Origin: Moraxella sp.
GTDB lineage: Bacteria; Pseudomonadota; Gammaproteobacteria; Pseudomonadales; Moraxellaceae
DNA length: 55,822 nucleotides
Reading direction: 5' to 3'
Assembly (NCBI GenBank): GCA_041773075.1
Contig: JBHBMT010000106.1
Span: 1-55,822 of the forward strand
Part shown: positions 1 through 9,705 of the stretch, in pieces
Layout: every line of letters begins with the position of its first letter
Numbering within the stretch: position 1 is the stretch's first letter
Position numbers and translations under genes: made by a program
The notes under the pieces: generated by a model
The model's database searches: none
What the model was told of the DNA's origin: nothing
What the model saw: only the letters and a program-made list of their open reading frames with translations

Positions 1-482
1 ACAGCACCACACTCAAAGCCCAATATGCCACAGACAGTCTAACACCAGATTTAAAGATGGCGATTGGCGGTAGATATACTGTTAGAGGCTTTGATGGGGA
101 GCGTTCATTATCTGCGGATAATGGCATCTTGGTAAGACAAGATATCAGCTTTTATCCAAGCTTTTTAAATCAGCAAAAAGCAAACAATCACAGCACCACA
201 ATTAATCAAAACAACATAAGAAACAGCCAATCAAACCATGCCATCTATCTGGGATTGGATGCAGGCTACATCACAAGCCACGACAAAAGCCAAAATGAGC
301 GATTACTTGGACAACACTTAGCAGGTGCTGTCATTGGCATCAAAGGACAATATACACCAAATACAAATAACCCCTACCTAAGTTTTAATTATGACATTTT
401 CACCTCAAAAGCAATCAGTGAGCCTAATGGATTTAGCAACAAAGATTGGGTGAGTGGTGTGAGTTTGGGGATGAGTTTTTAG
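1..482 (+). CDS. ShlB/FhaC/HecB (TpsB/CdiB-like) two-partner secretion outer-membrane transporter, C-terminal part (5' truncated by window)
   Basis: Frame is open from nt 3. IGGRYTVRGFDGE (VRGY/F loop-6 motif), LSADNG..VRQD, YLGLDAG, LAGAVIGIKG, terminal beta-strand ending in Phe. Confidence 0.9.
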   Translation, partial: STTLKAQYATDSLTPDLKMAIGGRYTVRGFDGERSLSADNGILVRQDISFYPSFLNQQKANNHSTTINQNNIRNSQSNHAIYLGLDAGYITSHDKSQNERLLGQHLAGAVIGIKGQYTPNTNNPYLSFNYDIFTSKAISEPNGFSNKDWVSGVSLGMSF

Positions 483-536
483 GGAGGTAGCTATTTTAAA
501 AAAAATGGGTAAATAAAGTCTTGATATTGAGGGTGT

Positions 537-744
537 TAGAGCCTCCTAAACTTTGGTAATTGCAATAAAAAAAATGAGAAATATCGCACGTTTTTAAGGA
601 AAAACTTAAGGTGTATGATCATTCTATCAAGCAAGTTTTTGATATAGACGGGCATATTTGGTCGTTTTGGTAAAAAAAAAGCAGGTATATTTAATAAAAT
701 ATTCTACAAAAATATTAAATTATAACTAATTATAATAAGCTCTA
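537..744 (+). mobile_element. MITE-like element family A, copy 1
   Basis: Ends TTAGAGC...GCTCTAA. Interior aligns with 49038-49245 (aaaaacttaagg..attcta..gcaagtttttga..ttttggtaaaaa..aaatattctacaaaa). Confidence 0.8.
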
Positions 745-1359
745 AGGACGAATATCAATGACAGCATTATGCTTAACTGCACGAAATAGTTCATCCATCT
801 CACCATCTGTTACCGCAATACACCCTTCTGTCCAATCCTTGAGCAGATGAGTTGCGCCAATCACATCGCCAAGTCCATTTTTTATGCCATGAATTTTAAT
901 CAAGCCACCTGCAGATTTACCATGTGCCTTAGCATGAGCAATGTCGGTGGCATTAGGATAGGAGATGCCTAGATTTTTATAATAAGCGCTATTAGGATTT
1001 CTATCGTTAATATAATAAACGCCCTCTGGTGTGCGCCCATCGCCCTCAAACTCTTTGTGCCCAACAGGATTTCTGCCCAAAGCAATGGGATAGGTTTTGA
1101 TGAGTGTCTCACCTTGGTAGGCTTGCATTTCTCTTAAGGACTTATACACAATTAGCTTATCAATTACTACTGTTTCTGCCAAAGCAGGTTGCGCCAATAG
1201 CTGAAGCTGGCGCTCACTCAACCCAAGCTCACTCATTTGCTGCACCACTTTTTTGCTCTTTGGGGTTGATGCCAAAGATGGCATCATTGTGTATAGCCAT
1301 ATCAATACACCCACAATAACCATCGCCAAAATAATTGGCACCCAGTAAATCTTTTTCAT
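742..1359 (-). CDS. L,D-transpeptidase family protein (YkuD-like) with N-terminal membrane anchor
   Basis: GDGRTPEG, IKIHG...WTEGCIA catalytic His/Cys motif. Likely start MKKIYW (ORF track starts at 1383). Confidence 0.9.
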   Translation of the reverse strand: MKKIYWVPIILAMVIVGVLIWLYTMMPSLASTPKSKKVVQQMSELGLSERQLQLLAQPALAETVVIDKLIVYKSLREMQAYQGETLIKTYPIALGRNPVGHKEFEGDGRTPEGVYYINDRNPNSAYYKNLGISYPNATDIAHAKAHGKSAGGLIKIHGIKNGLGDVIGATHLLKDWTEGCIAVTDGEMDELFRAVKHNAVIDIRP

Positions 1360-1535
1360 AAAACACCCATCAACCCTTGACATCCTTGTTTATCAAACCC
1401 ATCTAGCTAATTTTATATTATAAAACATTATTTTGTAAAGTATTGTTTAAAATAAGTGACAATCACCATTGTTTAGCAAGTAAGGCGCAGACAGAATCTT
1501 CTTATATACCCATACTGAACTTTAGTCATACTCTA

Positions 1536-2378
1536 TCATAGGTGCAAATCATGCCCACAACGATCGCAATATTTGGCATTTAGGGCATGACCGAATTTAC
1601 CACAATTAGGGCAAGCCACAGGTTGCAATTGTGGGCGCATGGTGCGTGTCAATTCAGCAGTAAAAATACCTGTAGGCACAGCAATGATGGCATAACCTGT
1701 AATCATGACCATGCTTGCAATGGCTTGCCCTAGGGGTGTTTTGGGAGATATATCCCCATAGCCTACGGTTGTTAAGGTCACAACCGCCCAATAAATAGAT
1801 CGTGGAATGCTCGTAAAACCATTTTCAGCACCCTCCACGACATACAAGATAGATCCAAAAATCGTCACCAATAGCAACAAGGACAAAAAAAACACCGCAA
1901 TCTTATGCTGGCTGGTTTTAAATGCCGCCGCCAGAAATCCCGCTTGGTGCATATAGGATTTGAGTTTAAATACCCGAAAAATGCGTAAAATACGCAAAAT
2001 GCGCACCACTAGCAAATACTGTGTTCCCACAAAAAATATGCTTAAATAGCTTGGCAGCAATGCCACAAAGTCCACCACTCCAAAAAAGCTAAATGCATAA
2101 CGGCGACGATTGGGCGCAGAATATAAGCGCAAAGCATACTCTATTGTAAATAAAATGGTAAATACCCATTCAGCATAATAAAACAAAGTCCCATGCGCCA
2201 AACGTAAAGCCAAGACGCTATCTAGCATAATTACCACCACACTGGCAATAATGGCTATTAATAGCACCACATCAAAAAACTTACCTGCGCGTGTATCCGT
2301 ACCTTCAATGACAATATGGATACGCTCTTTGAGTGATGCTTTGTGATGAGATTGCTTAATGGGATTGTTGGACTGCAT
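1536..2378 (-). CDS. Voltage-gated potassium channel-type ion transporter
   Basis: TVGYGD selectivity filter, S4-like RILRILRIFRVFK, C-terminal CPNC/CDRC zinc ribbon. Confidence 0.92.
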   Translation of the reverse strand: MQSNNPIKQSHHKASLKERIHIVIEGTDTRAGKFFDVVLLIAIIASVVVIMLDSVLALRLAHGTLFYYAEWVFTILFTIEYALRLYSAPNRRRYAFSFFGVVDFVALLPSYLSIFFVGTQYLLVVRILRILRIFRVFKLKSYMHQAGFLAAAFKTSQHKIAVFFLSLLLLVTIFGSILYVVEGAENGFTSIPRSIYWAVVTLTTVGYGDISPKTPLGQAIASMVMITGYAIIAVPTGIFTAELTRTMRPQLQPVACPNCGKFGHALNAKYCDRCGHDLHL

Positions 2379-2450
2379 GGGTGTCGCTATGGCAAACAAA
2401 AATGCTTATTTTATACCAAATAGCTGCCCTAGGATAGTGTGGACGCGCCA

Positions 2451-2478
2451 TTGACTCAAAAAATTTTTTAAGTATAAT
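2451..2478 (+). promoter_or_regulatory. sigma70-type promoter of azlC-azlD
   Basis: TTGACT (2451-2456), 16-nt spacer, TATAAT (2473-2478), 32 nt before the ATG. Confidence 0.6.
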
Positions 2479-2510
2479 TGGCGTGCATTTTCTTTTTATC
2501 CCCTTGATTT

Positions 2511-3203
2511 ATGACCCACCCCAATCGCACTGCTTTTTTGCAGGGCTGTCAGTCTGCCCTACCCATCGCTTTAGGCTACATCCCTGTAGCAATTGCTTTT
2601 GGCATGGCGACAACTGCAGCAGGATTTCCAACGTGGGTGATTGTGGCGATGAGCCTGTTTATTTATGCAGGTGCAAGTCAGTTTCTGCTATTTGCCTCCA
2701 TCATGAGTGGTGCTAGCGTCACTGCAGTGGTGGGACTGTGCGCTTTGTTGGACTCTCGGCATCTACTGTATGCCCCTTTAATGAAACGCCATCTTAAATC
2801 CAGTGATGGCATGATTTGGATTGCACCACTCATTACCGATGAAGTGTTTGCCACAGCAATGGCAAAATTAAAAGACATTAACAACCAAAAACCATGGCTG
2901 ATTGGACTTGCCATCATCTCATGGATGTCATGGTGGGGTGGGACGATTGTGGGGATTTATGGTGGCAAATTACTTGCCAATTACCCCACCATGAGCGCAG
3001 TGATGAATTTTGCTTTTGTGGCGCTATTTGTTTCACTCTCCACCCATGCTTTTATCAGCGAACCACGCTTTCGCATCGCCCTTATTGTGTCAGCAGTGGT
3101 GGCACTCATCTGCACACAGGTTGGTCATGGTGAAATTGCTCTATTGGGGGCAGGCTTTGCAGGTGTTATTGTACAATTGGTATTTACCAAACTCAAGAGA
3201 TAA
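2511..3203 (+). CDS. azlC: AzlC family branched-chain amino acid exporter permease
   Basis: PIALGYIPVAIAFG, YAGASQF, RHLLY, ITDEVFA motifs. Confidence 0.88.
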   Translation: MTHPNRTAFLQGCQSALPIALGYIPVAIAFGMATTAAGFPTWVIVAMSLFIYAGASQFLLFASIMSGASVTAVVGLCALLDSRHLLYAPLMKRHLKSSDGMIWIAPLITDEVFATAMAKLKDINNQKPWLIGLAIISWMSWWGGTIVGIYGGKLLANYPTMSAVMNFAFVALFVSLSTHAFISEPRFRIALIVSAVVALICTQVGHGEIALLGAGFAGVIVQLVFTKLKR

Positions 3204-3215
3204 ACAAGGATAACT

Positions 3216-3572
3216 ATGTTTAGTCAGGCTAATGTTTCAACACTAGTCATTGCAGTGGTGGCGATGGCGATTTTAACCGCGCTTTCTCGTGCCCTGCCAT
3301 TTTTGTTGCCTGACAACTCCCCCATTATTCGCTTTTTTACTGCCGAAAATTCGCCGCTTGCTCCCTTAGGTGGTGCAATTATTGTAGCAATGACAATGGT
3401 GCTGATGTTGCCGTTTTTTGAAACACCGACCGAACACAGCCCAATGATTGCAACCATCTGTGGTATCGTTGCTACTGTGATTGCTACCGCCAAAAAAATC
3501 AACACAGGGATGAGTGTCATTATTGGCATGGTTGGATTTTTGATTGGTAGCTTGGTTTATTCAATGTTTTAA
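3216..3572 (+). CDS. AzlD-like small membrane partner of AzlC
   Basis: Follows azlC by 12 nt. T..SRALPF motif, hydrophobic helices. Confidence 0.72.
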   Translation: MFSQANVSTLVIAVVAMAILTALSRALPFLLPDNSPIIRFFTAENSPLAPLGGAIIVAMTMVLMLPFFETPTEHSPMIATICGIVATVIATAKKINTGMSVIIGMVGFLIGSLVYSMF

Positions 3573-3599
3573 ACCCACCTTTACAACCAACTTCTATAG

Positions 3600-3898
3600 A
3601 CAAAGATAAGTTTTAATTTTAGATTAAGCATATTTTTTGTGTCATTTCAACCACTGGTAAACACTCTTCTTCGTCACTCCAAAATAATTCCAAAGTCTAA
3701 AGCGTGTAAAACCCTCTAATAAGCATTAGATGTACTGAACAATAAAATATTTGTACTTGCAAACCCTGATATTTTCCAAAATTTTAAAATTAAAAATGCT
3801 GTAAAGTTGTTATTTCGCAGTAGCTCTATAATAAGATATACATTACAACTGTTTTTAAATATTAGCTCTAGGGTGTATTCTTTAATTTTCCTATCCAC
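3600..3898 (-). pseudogene. Possible decayed AT-rich gene directly downstream of the orphan lipoprotein
   Basis: 60-aa ORF starts immediately after the lipoprotein stop. Another frame continues with protein-like text interrupted by stops (..RGFYTL*TLELFWSDEEECLPVVEMTQKICLI*). Confidence 0.3.
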
Positions 3899-4522
3899 CT
3901 AAGAGCACCCCTCCATTAATTCTAAACTTTCTTTGTTTCCCAAAATTATCTGGTATACCTTCCCCCCTTCAATATCATATCTAATGCCAGTTTTTTCTGT
4001 AGAATCATCATACCAATATATATAAATGGGCTGTTCTGTGTAGTCGCTGATTTTTTTAATTAATTTATTAGAATTGTAGCTTTTTAAAACTTTATCTTCG
4101 CTGTCCCCAATTTTAATGAGTTCATTAGTTGTAATTACGGTATTATCCTGAGATGTCATATTATCCAAATAAATTGCCATAATAATATCATTCATAACAA
4201 AAAAAGAAAAATTATTTGGTAATTCTTTACTATGAGCAAATAAACAGTTGGGTACCTCAGGATTTTCATCTGTGGTTTTTACAAAGTTATTTTTATTATA
4301 GGTTTGACCTATTTTTATATCCCCTATACCAGTTTTACTAAGTTTCAAACCATTTTGATTATTGCTAACATGCGATTGTTGTTTGCCTAAATTTGGTTGT
4401 TGAGCTTGTGGCACATCCTTGTACTCCAAAGATGCCACACCATCATAATGACGCTCCAATGCGGCATCCTTAGAGCATCCAAAGCAACAAAAAACAAAGC
4501 AAAAAACAAAAAAGTAACGCAC
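3899..4522 (-). CDS. AT-rich putative lipoprotein of unknown function
   Basis: GTG start, lipobox-like CFGC. Internally repeated GIGDIKIG / IKIGDS motifs, C-terminal LMEGCS. Confidence 0.75.
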   Translation of the reverse strand: MRYFFVFCFVFCCFGCSKDAALERHYDGVASLEYKDVPQAQQPNLGKQQSHVSNNQNGLKLSKTGIGDIKIGQTYNKNNFVKTTDENPEVPNCLFAHSKELPNNFSFFVMNDIIMAIYLDNMTSQDNTVITTNELIKIGDSEDKVLKSYNSNKLIKKISDYTEQPIYIYWYDDSTEKTGIRYDIEGGKVYQIILGNKESLELMEGCS

Positions 4523-4588
4523 TTTAATTCTCCAATATTAAGCCTATAACATATCTAAAATTTTAAGTTAATCTCCCATCAGGATCTA

Positions 4589-4730
4589 TAAAGCATCCTG
4601 ACACTTCATAACACTATTAACAATTTAGCAATAATATAGAAAAAACATAGCGTTTTTGCATTACCTGTTTGTTAAAAAGCGGGGCTAAATCTTGAGTTTA
4701 ATGGCGAATACGAAATGTCAGGGTACTCTA
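4589..4730 (+). mobile_element. MITE-like element family B, internally deleted copy
   Basis: TIRs TAAAGCATCCTGACA / TGTCAGGGTACTCTA (12/15). Shares ttacctgtttgttaaaaagcggggctaa with the 53792 copy and tcttgagtttaatgg with the other copies. Confidence 0.85.
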
Positions 4731-4884
4731 GTTTTTGCCAAAGTTTCATTTTACCATCAAAGCTCACTTTATTGCTAGACAAGATGGCAGTCTGTCACAC
4801 GACACACTCTATAGCAAAGCAAAATAGCATAACAATATCGCAAGCTCCTAAGGTGATTTTAATGTCAAAACCAATTAAAATAAA

Positions 4885-4909
4885 CCCCCAAAGCACAAAA
4901 CTTTGGGGG
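4885..4909 (-). terminator. Rho-independent terminator of sodA
   Basis: CCCCCAAAG-N7-CTTTGGGGG stem followed on the minus strand by TTTATTTT. Confidence 0.8.
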
Positions 4910-4945
4910 CGATATGGTTTATAAACCAATTCTTAATAGGAATAA

Positions 4946-5560
4946 TTAGGCGTTGTCAAAACGTCTTTGCGCTTCGTCCCAGTTTACCACATTCCAAAAC
5001 GCTTTGATGTAATCGGGGCGTTTGTTTTGGTATTTTAGGTAATAAGCATGCTCCCACACGTCCAAACCGATGATAGGCGTGCCTTCGCAGCCTGCTACCG
5101 CTGTACCCATCAAGGGGCTGTCTTGGTTGGCAGTAGATACGACAGCAAGCTTGTCGCCTTGTTTGATCAACCACGCCCAACCAGAACCAAAACGAGTAGC
5201 CGCTGCTTTTTCAAATTGCTCTTGAAATGCTTCTACCGAACCAAAATCACGCACAATGGCGTCTTTTAGGCTACCGCCCAAAGTGGTGCCAGTTTTTAGC
5301 ACTGTCCAAAATAGACTGTGATTGGCATGACCGCCCGCGTTGTTGCGTACGCCAGTTTGTTTATCAGCAGGCAATTTGTCCAAGTTTGCAATCACTTCTT
5401 CGGCAGATTTGTCCGCCCATTCAGTGCCTTCTAGCAAACCATTGGCATTATTGATATATGCTTGATGATGGCGAGAATGGTGAATTTCCATAGTTTCTTT
5501 GTCAAAATGAGGCTCTAGGGCATCATAAGCGTAGCCAAGCTCTGGTAGGGTGTATGCCAT
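4946..5560 (-). CDS. sodA: Superoxide dismutase, Mn-type
   Basis: [15 protein letters not shown] (GG typical of MnSOD), [11 protein letters not shown]. Confidence 0.93.
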   Translation of the reverse strand: MAYTLPELGYAYDALEPHFDKETMEIHHSRHHQAYINNANGLLEGTEWADKSAEEVIANLDKLPADKQTGVRNNAGGHANHSLFWTVLKTGTTLGGSLKDAIVRDFGSVEAFQEQFEKAAATRFGSGWAWLIKQGDKLAVVSTANQDSPLMGTAVAGCEGTPIIGLDVWEHAYYLKYQNKRPDYIKAFWNVVNWDEAQRRFDNA

Positions 5561-5675
5561 GTGCAATATTCCTTAACAATGATTAATTAATTACTAAAAC
5601 CTATACCCGCATAGGTTGATAGTTATAATAAGGTTAAATGATGACAACTTCAAGACAAAAACCAAAAAATTTACT

Positions 5676-5765
5676 TAGAGCACATGACGTTTCAATTTGA
5701 GTAGAAAATTTAGACAAACACCTGTTTTTTTAGGCAAAAAACCTAAGGTAGTAGGTATTGTTATT
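5676..5765 (+). mobile_element. Truncated MITE-like remnant (family C)
   Basis: First ~50 nt resemble 47414 onward, and both are preceded by TTTACT. Shares the 16-mer tttttttaggcaaaaa with family A. Confidence 0.5.
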
Positions 5766-5840
5766 TAATAATAGCTTGCTTGTTGCACCCACTGCGCTAC
5801 TGCCAGCGCTGATACCTGATGAAACAGCTTTTGAGACCAT
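5730..5840 (-). pseudogene. 36-codon truncated gene stub translationally coupled to the upstream membrane protein
   Basis: TAATG stop/start overlap at 5838-5842. MVSKAVSSGISAGSSAVGATSK then runs into the repeat remnant and stops. Confidence 0.45.
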
Positions 5841-6424
5841 TAATTAAGCTCCTTATATCCATGTTGTTCAGCAAATTTGCCAAAAGCCCAAAATATATAA
5901 ACGAATGAAAAAATACCTAAGCCATACAAAAGAATCAGCGCCCACCAAATATATTGCTCATCAATCACTCTTTGGGTGTCAGCATAGCTTCTAATGACTT
6001 CGCCATCTACTTCCAAAGTGACCAGCTGGGGGTTGGGATTGCTTAGCCATAGAAAGTCGGGCTGGTAGTACCAGCCAATTTTAGCCATCTTGCCCAAATA
6101 CGGCTGTAGCGTTTTGTTCTGTGGGCAAAAACTAGTAATTAGGTTGGTATAGGCAGAGTAATTACAAAAATATTCTGTACCCGCCATCTTTCCCACAGGG
6201 GTAAGGACAATGATATTATTACTACCTCCACGACTGGTTCTAACCGAATAGGTCTTAAGAATGCCTTCACTATACTGAAGTTCGGACTCTTTGGGGAAGT
6301 CACGTCCCTTATGCACTATCACTGGCTCAAGTACCAATAGCCAAAAGTATAGTATTGCAATCAACAGGCGCGCAACTATCGCCACCCAATACCAGCCTGT
6401 CCTATTTTCAAATCTTTTTAACAT
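5840..6424 (-). CDS. Hypothetical two-TM membrane protein with a Cys-pair periplasmic domain
   Basis: N- and C-terminal hydrophobic helices, FCNY...FCP. Confidence 0.75.
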   Translation of the reverse strand: MLKRFENRTGWYWVAIVARLLIAILYFWLLVLEPVIVHKGRDFPKESELQYSEGILKTYSVRTSRGGSNNIIVLTPVGKMAGTEYFCNYSAYTNLITSFCPQNKTLQPYLGKMAKIGWYYQPDFLWLSNPNPQLVTLEVDGEVIRSYADTQRVIDEQYIWWALILLYGLGIFSFVYIFWAFGKFAEQHGYKELN

Positions 6425-6785
6425 GATTATTTTCTTTATATTTCCTAAATAGAGATTTATTGTAACTTAATCTTAATACGATTGCAATACATCTGTTTTT
6501 GCACGTATTTTCACCATAAATATGGCAAAATCTTATCAAAAAGATAAAATAAGTCTAAAAGTATTTTTTTTATGCATTTTATCCACCATCAATTGCCTAC
6601 CTAAAATATACCAATCATTCTCCAAGGTATGGGTATTTGCGAATTTTAAGAGTCGGTATTTTTTTTAAGCGTGTGAAATATCAACATACCTCAACTCCTG
6701 CCATACAAAACCCTTTATCTGATGATGGTTTTATTCCCTCTGTTATATTGTTATAATTTTTGGTTTTTTACTGCCTTATGTATAT

Positions 6786-7655
6786 ATGCCTAGACAACCC
6801 ATAGACGCCACCGCCATCATGACTATGATACTATGTTGCATGATTTTAGGATTGCAACAAGTCGCCATCAAACTATCCGCCCAAGACATTGCTCCTGTTA
6901 TGCAACTGTCTTTGCGCTCATTACTTGGGTTGGGGCTTGTGTTGATTGTGATGGGTGTTCAACGCCAAATGCATTTTGACAAACGTCAAATTGGCTTGGG
7001 GGTGTTTGTAGGTGCTCTATTTGCTTTGGAATTTTTGTTGTTGGGTGAGGCTTTGCGCCATACAACTGCCACACGCAGCGTGGTATTTTTGTACACATCG
7101 CCTTTATTTTCAGCCTTATTTTTGCATTTTTTTAATAAAGATGAGCGTTTGGGCGCACAAGGTTGGCTAGGGCTTGGTTTGACATTTTTTGGAATTATGG
7201 TCGCATTTTTGAGTAACAGTGCTCAAGCTGGCAGCTTAATAGGTGATGGATTGGCGCTACTGGCAGGCTTGTCTTGGGGGCTAACCACAGTTATTATTCG
7301 CTTGACATCTCTTGGTAATTTACCTGCCAAACATATGCTGGCTTATCAATTATTAATGGTATTTGTGATATTACTAAGTTATGCCCTGCTCACCCATCAA
7401 ACCACCATCACCATCAACACTACCAGTGTATTAAGCGTGGTATTTCAGGGGGTGTTTGTTGCTTTTTTGGCATCTATGTCATGGTTTTGGTTGCTGTCGC
7501 GTTATCGTTCTGCTGACATTGGTGCCTTGATATTAATGACTCCTGTTTTTGGGGTACTGCTTAGTGCTTGGCTATTGGATGAGTCTTTGACATTAATCTT
7601 TGGCATAGGCGCAAGTTTGGTATTGGTTGGGCTTATTTTGGTTGTTAGACGCTAA
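6786..7655 (+). CDS. DMT superfamily (EamA) transporter
   Basis: About 10 TMs in two EamA repeats. [23 protein letters not shown]. Confidence 0.9.
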   Translation: MPRQPIDATAIMTMILCCMILGLQQVAIKLSAQDIAPVMQLSLRSLLGLGLVLIVMGVQRQMHFDKRQIGLGVFVGALFALEFLLLGEALRHTTATRSVVFLYTSPLFSALFLHFFNKDERLGAQGWLGLGLTFFGIMVAFLSNSAQAGSLIGDGLALLAGLSWGLTTVIIRLTSLGNLPAKHMLAYQLLMVFVILLSYALLTHQTTITINTTSVLSVVFQGVFVAFLASMSWFWLLSRYRSADIGALILMTPVFGVLLSAWLLDESLTLIFGIGASLVLVGLILVVRR

Positions 7656-8526
7656 CACCAAATGCCCAAATACACAGCCCCAGCACCAACACAAACACAT
7701 AGCGCCCCACCCACGCATTATGACGAAAAGCACGAAAACACGCCCAACGTTCGCGCGCCTTAATCAGTGTATATTGATACCCTATCATACCAAGCACAGG
7801 TGCCAGCAAACTGGCAAACGCACCAAAATGATAAAACAACACCCAACCCATCAATACAATAAACACCCCCAAAAGTGCCATAATGATTACTACATCAAAC
7901 CGACCAAACAAAATTGCCGTTGATTTAATACCCGCTTTTAAATCATCCTCTCTATCACACATGGCATATTGAGTGTCATAAGCGATTGTCCAGCACATAT
8001 AAGAGCCAAACACCACCCACGTCCACACGTTTGTTGCACCCAATACCGCCACATACGCCATCGGAATTGCCCAGCCAAAAGCGGCTGCCAGCACCACTTG
8101 GGGTAGATGGGTATAGCGCTTCATAAAGGGATAAATAAATGCCAACACAGCCGCCACCAATGCCCAATAAAATACCGATAGCGGCAAAAAAAACAGCAAA
8201 CACGCTGCCACCAATGACAATCCCACAAACGTGATGGCGGCAGTTTTGGCAGATAATCGCCCATCCGCCAACGGTCGTCCTTTGGTACGCGCCACCTGTC
8301 CATCCACTTTGCGGTCAGCAAAATCATTGATGGCACACCCTGCAGAACGCATCAAAAATGCCCCCAAGGCAAAAATTGCTACAAGCTTCATGCTAGGCAG
8401 TTGATGACGCTCTGCACTTGCCAAAAACAGCGCCCACAATGTAGGGTATAGCAATAATTCTGTACCCACGGGTTTGTCAAAGCGAATTAGCTCAAGCCAA
8501 GCAGTCAGCTTATCATGAGCACTCAT
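7645..8526 (-). CDS. ubiA: 4-hydroxybenzoate octaprenyltransferase
   Basis: [40 protein letters not shown]. Confidence 0.96.
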   Translation of the reverse strand: MSAHDKLTAWLELIRFDKPVGTELLLYPTLWALFLASAERHQLPSMKLVAIFALGAFLMRSAGCAINDFADRKVDGQVARTKGRPLADGRLSAKTAAITFVGLSLVAACLLFFLPLSVFYWALVAAVLAFIYPFMKRYTHLPQVVLAAAFGWAIPMAYVAVLGATNVWTWVVFGSYMCWTIAYDTQYAMCDREDDLKAGIKSTAILFGRFDVVIIMALLGVFIVLMGWVLFYHFGAFASLLAPVLGMIGYQYTLIKARERWACFRAFRHNAWVGRYVFVLVLGLCIWAFGVSV

Positions 8527-8549
8527 TGGCGCGCCTGTGAGATGATTTT

Positions 8550-8825
8550 TCATTTGAACTGCTCATCTACTTGATGTGGCTTATTTGCCAATTCATACAC
8601 TTTTAGGGCATAAAGCAAGCTAAGCTCATTAAACTTTTGACGAATTGCTTTAAGCGCCTGTATTTTTTCTAGGTGCTGTTGTGTCTTGGCAAAAGCAATA
8701 TAAGTTTCTTTTTTTAGATGAAACAATTCTTCTTGCAGTTGATGCAGTGCTTTTTTTTGGCGAAAATTCTGCCACACTAAGAAGGCTGTGACTACAATAT
8801 AAGCAATGGTTAACCAATCATTCAT
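8550..8825 (-). CDS. Small membrane-anchored hypothetical protein
   Basis: N-terminal TM, coiled-coil segment, [14 protein letters not shown] motif. Confidence 0.65.
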   Translation of the reverse strand: MNDWLTIAYIVVTAFLVWQNFRQKKALHQLQEELFHLKKETYIAFAKTQQHLEKIQALKAIRQKFNELSLLYALKVYELANKPHQVDEQFK

Positions 8826-8913
8826 AACAGTTCTCTTTATTTACGCTATCATTCAACTTATTTTTAATAAACTTATCATTAAGTTGTATTTTAGCAGTCA
8901 CTTGCTGTTTTTA

Positions 8914-9699
8914 TCAAACCTTATATCCATCAAACCTAAGCGCCTCATTTTGCCATGATTGTATGGGAGGCTCGTTTGCCAAAAATGGTGCGCCAATAGG
9001 ACGCTTAACGATCACCCTACCTTGAGACGCCAAACGCTTAGCATGGGCAAGCAGGTGTTTTTCTTCGTCAATACTAGGTGCAAAAACCAATCCATGTAGC
9101 GCTTGCATATGTTTATTTACTCGAGCGCCATAGCTGTCTTTGGGAAACATCGGGTCAAGATACACCATGTCCGCCGATTGGGTATAGTTTAAGACGCTAT
9201 CATGAACAATACTCAATCGCGATAACAACCCATGCCAATGCTGATGAGCATACATTGCCTGTTTTTCTGCAAACAACAAAAGCGCCATAATAGGATTTTG
9301 TTCAATCATGGTAACAGTTGCGCCTGTGCTTGCCAATATCAAGGCATCATAGCCAAAGCCTGCAGTTGCATCGATGACGGTGTTTTCGGCAGTCAGCTTA
9401 CACGCCTGCAAAAGCAGCTCTGATTTTCTTCCTGCGCTCACAACGCGCTTGGTCAATGCTTGCCAATTTAAGGCAATTTTAATCAATTCACCCCTTTGCT
9501 CATCATAGTGTAATAGGTGTGGCACCTCTTTGATAAGTGCCATAAAATAGCGATTCGCTGTCGCAATAGCAAGTAAAGATTTTTGATTGGTTTTTTCAAT
9601 TTCTTGCCATACCAGCTGATTGCCAAGCTGATACATGACATCAAAAGAAACCAGCTTATCAAAAACCACCCTATCAGCAGCCACTCCAACAACCAGCAT
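8914..9699 (-). CDS. rsmJ: 16S rRNA m2G1516 methyltransferase RsmJ-like
   Basis: VIDATAGFG.D, MVYLDPMFP, RVIVKRP..APFL. Confidence 0.88.
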   Translation of the reverse strand: MLVVGVAADRVVFDKLVSFDVMYQLGNQLVWQEIEKTNQKSLLAIATANRYFMALIKEVPHLLHYDEQRGELIKIALNWQALTKRVVSAGRKSELLLQACKLTAENTVIDATAGFGYDALILASTGATVTMIEQNPIMALLLFAEKQAMYAHQHWHGLLSRLSIVHDSVLNYTQSADMVYLDPMFPKDSYGARVNKHMQALHGLVFAPSIDEEKHLLAHAKRLASQGRVIVKRPIGAPFLANEPPIQSWQNEALRFDGYKV

Positions 9700-9705
9700 C
9701 TTTTT

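Noticed and set aside
5570-5625. Fur box upstream of sodA
   Set aside because: Only a partial match (AATGATTAATTAATT) in very AT-rich DNA, which is not distinguishable from chance.
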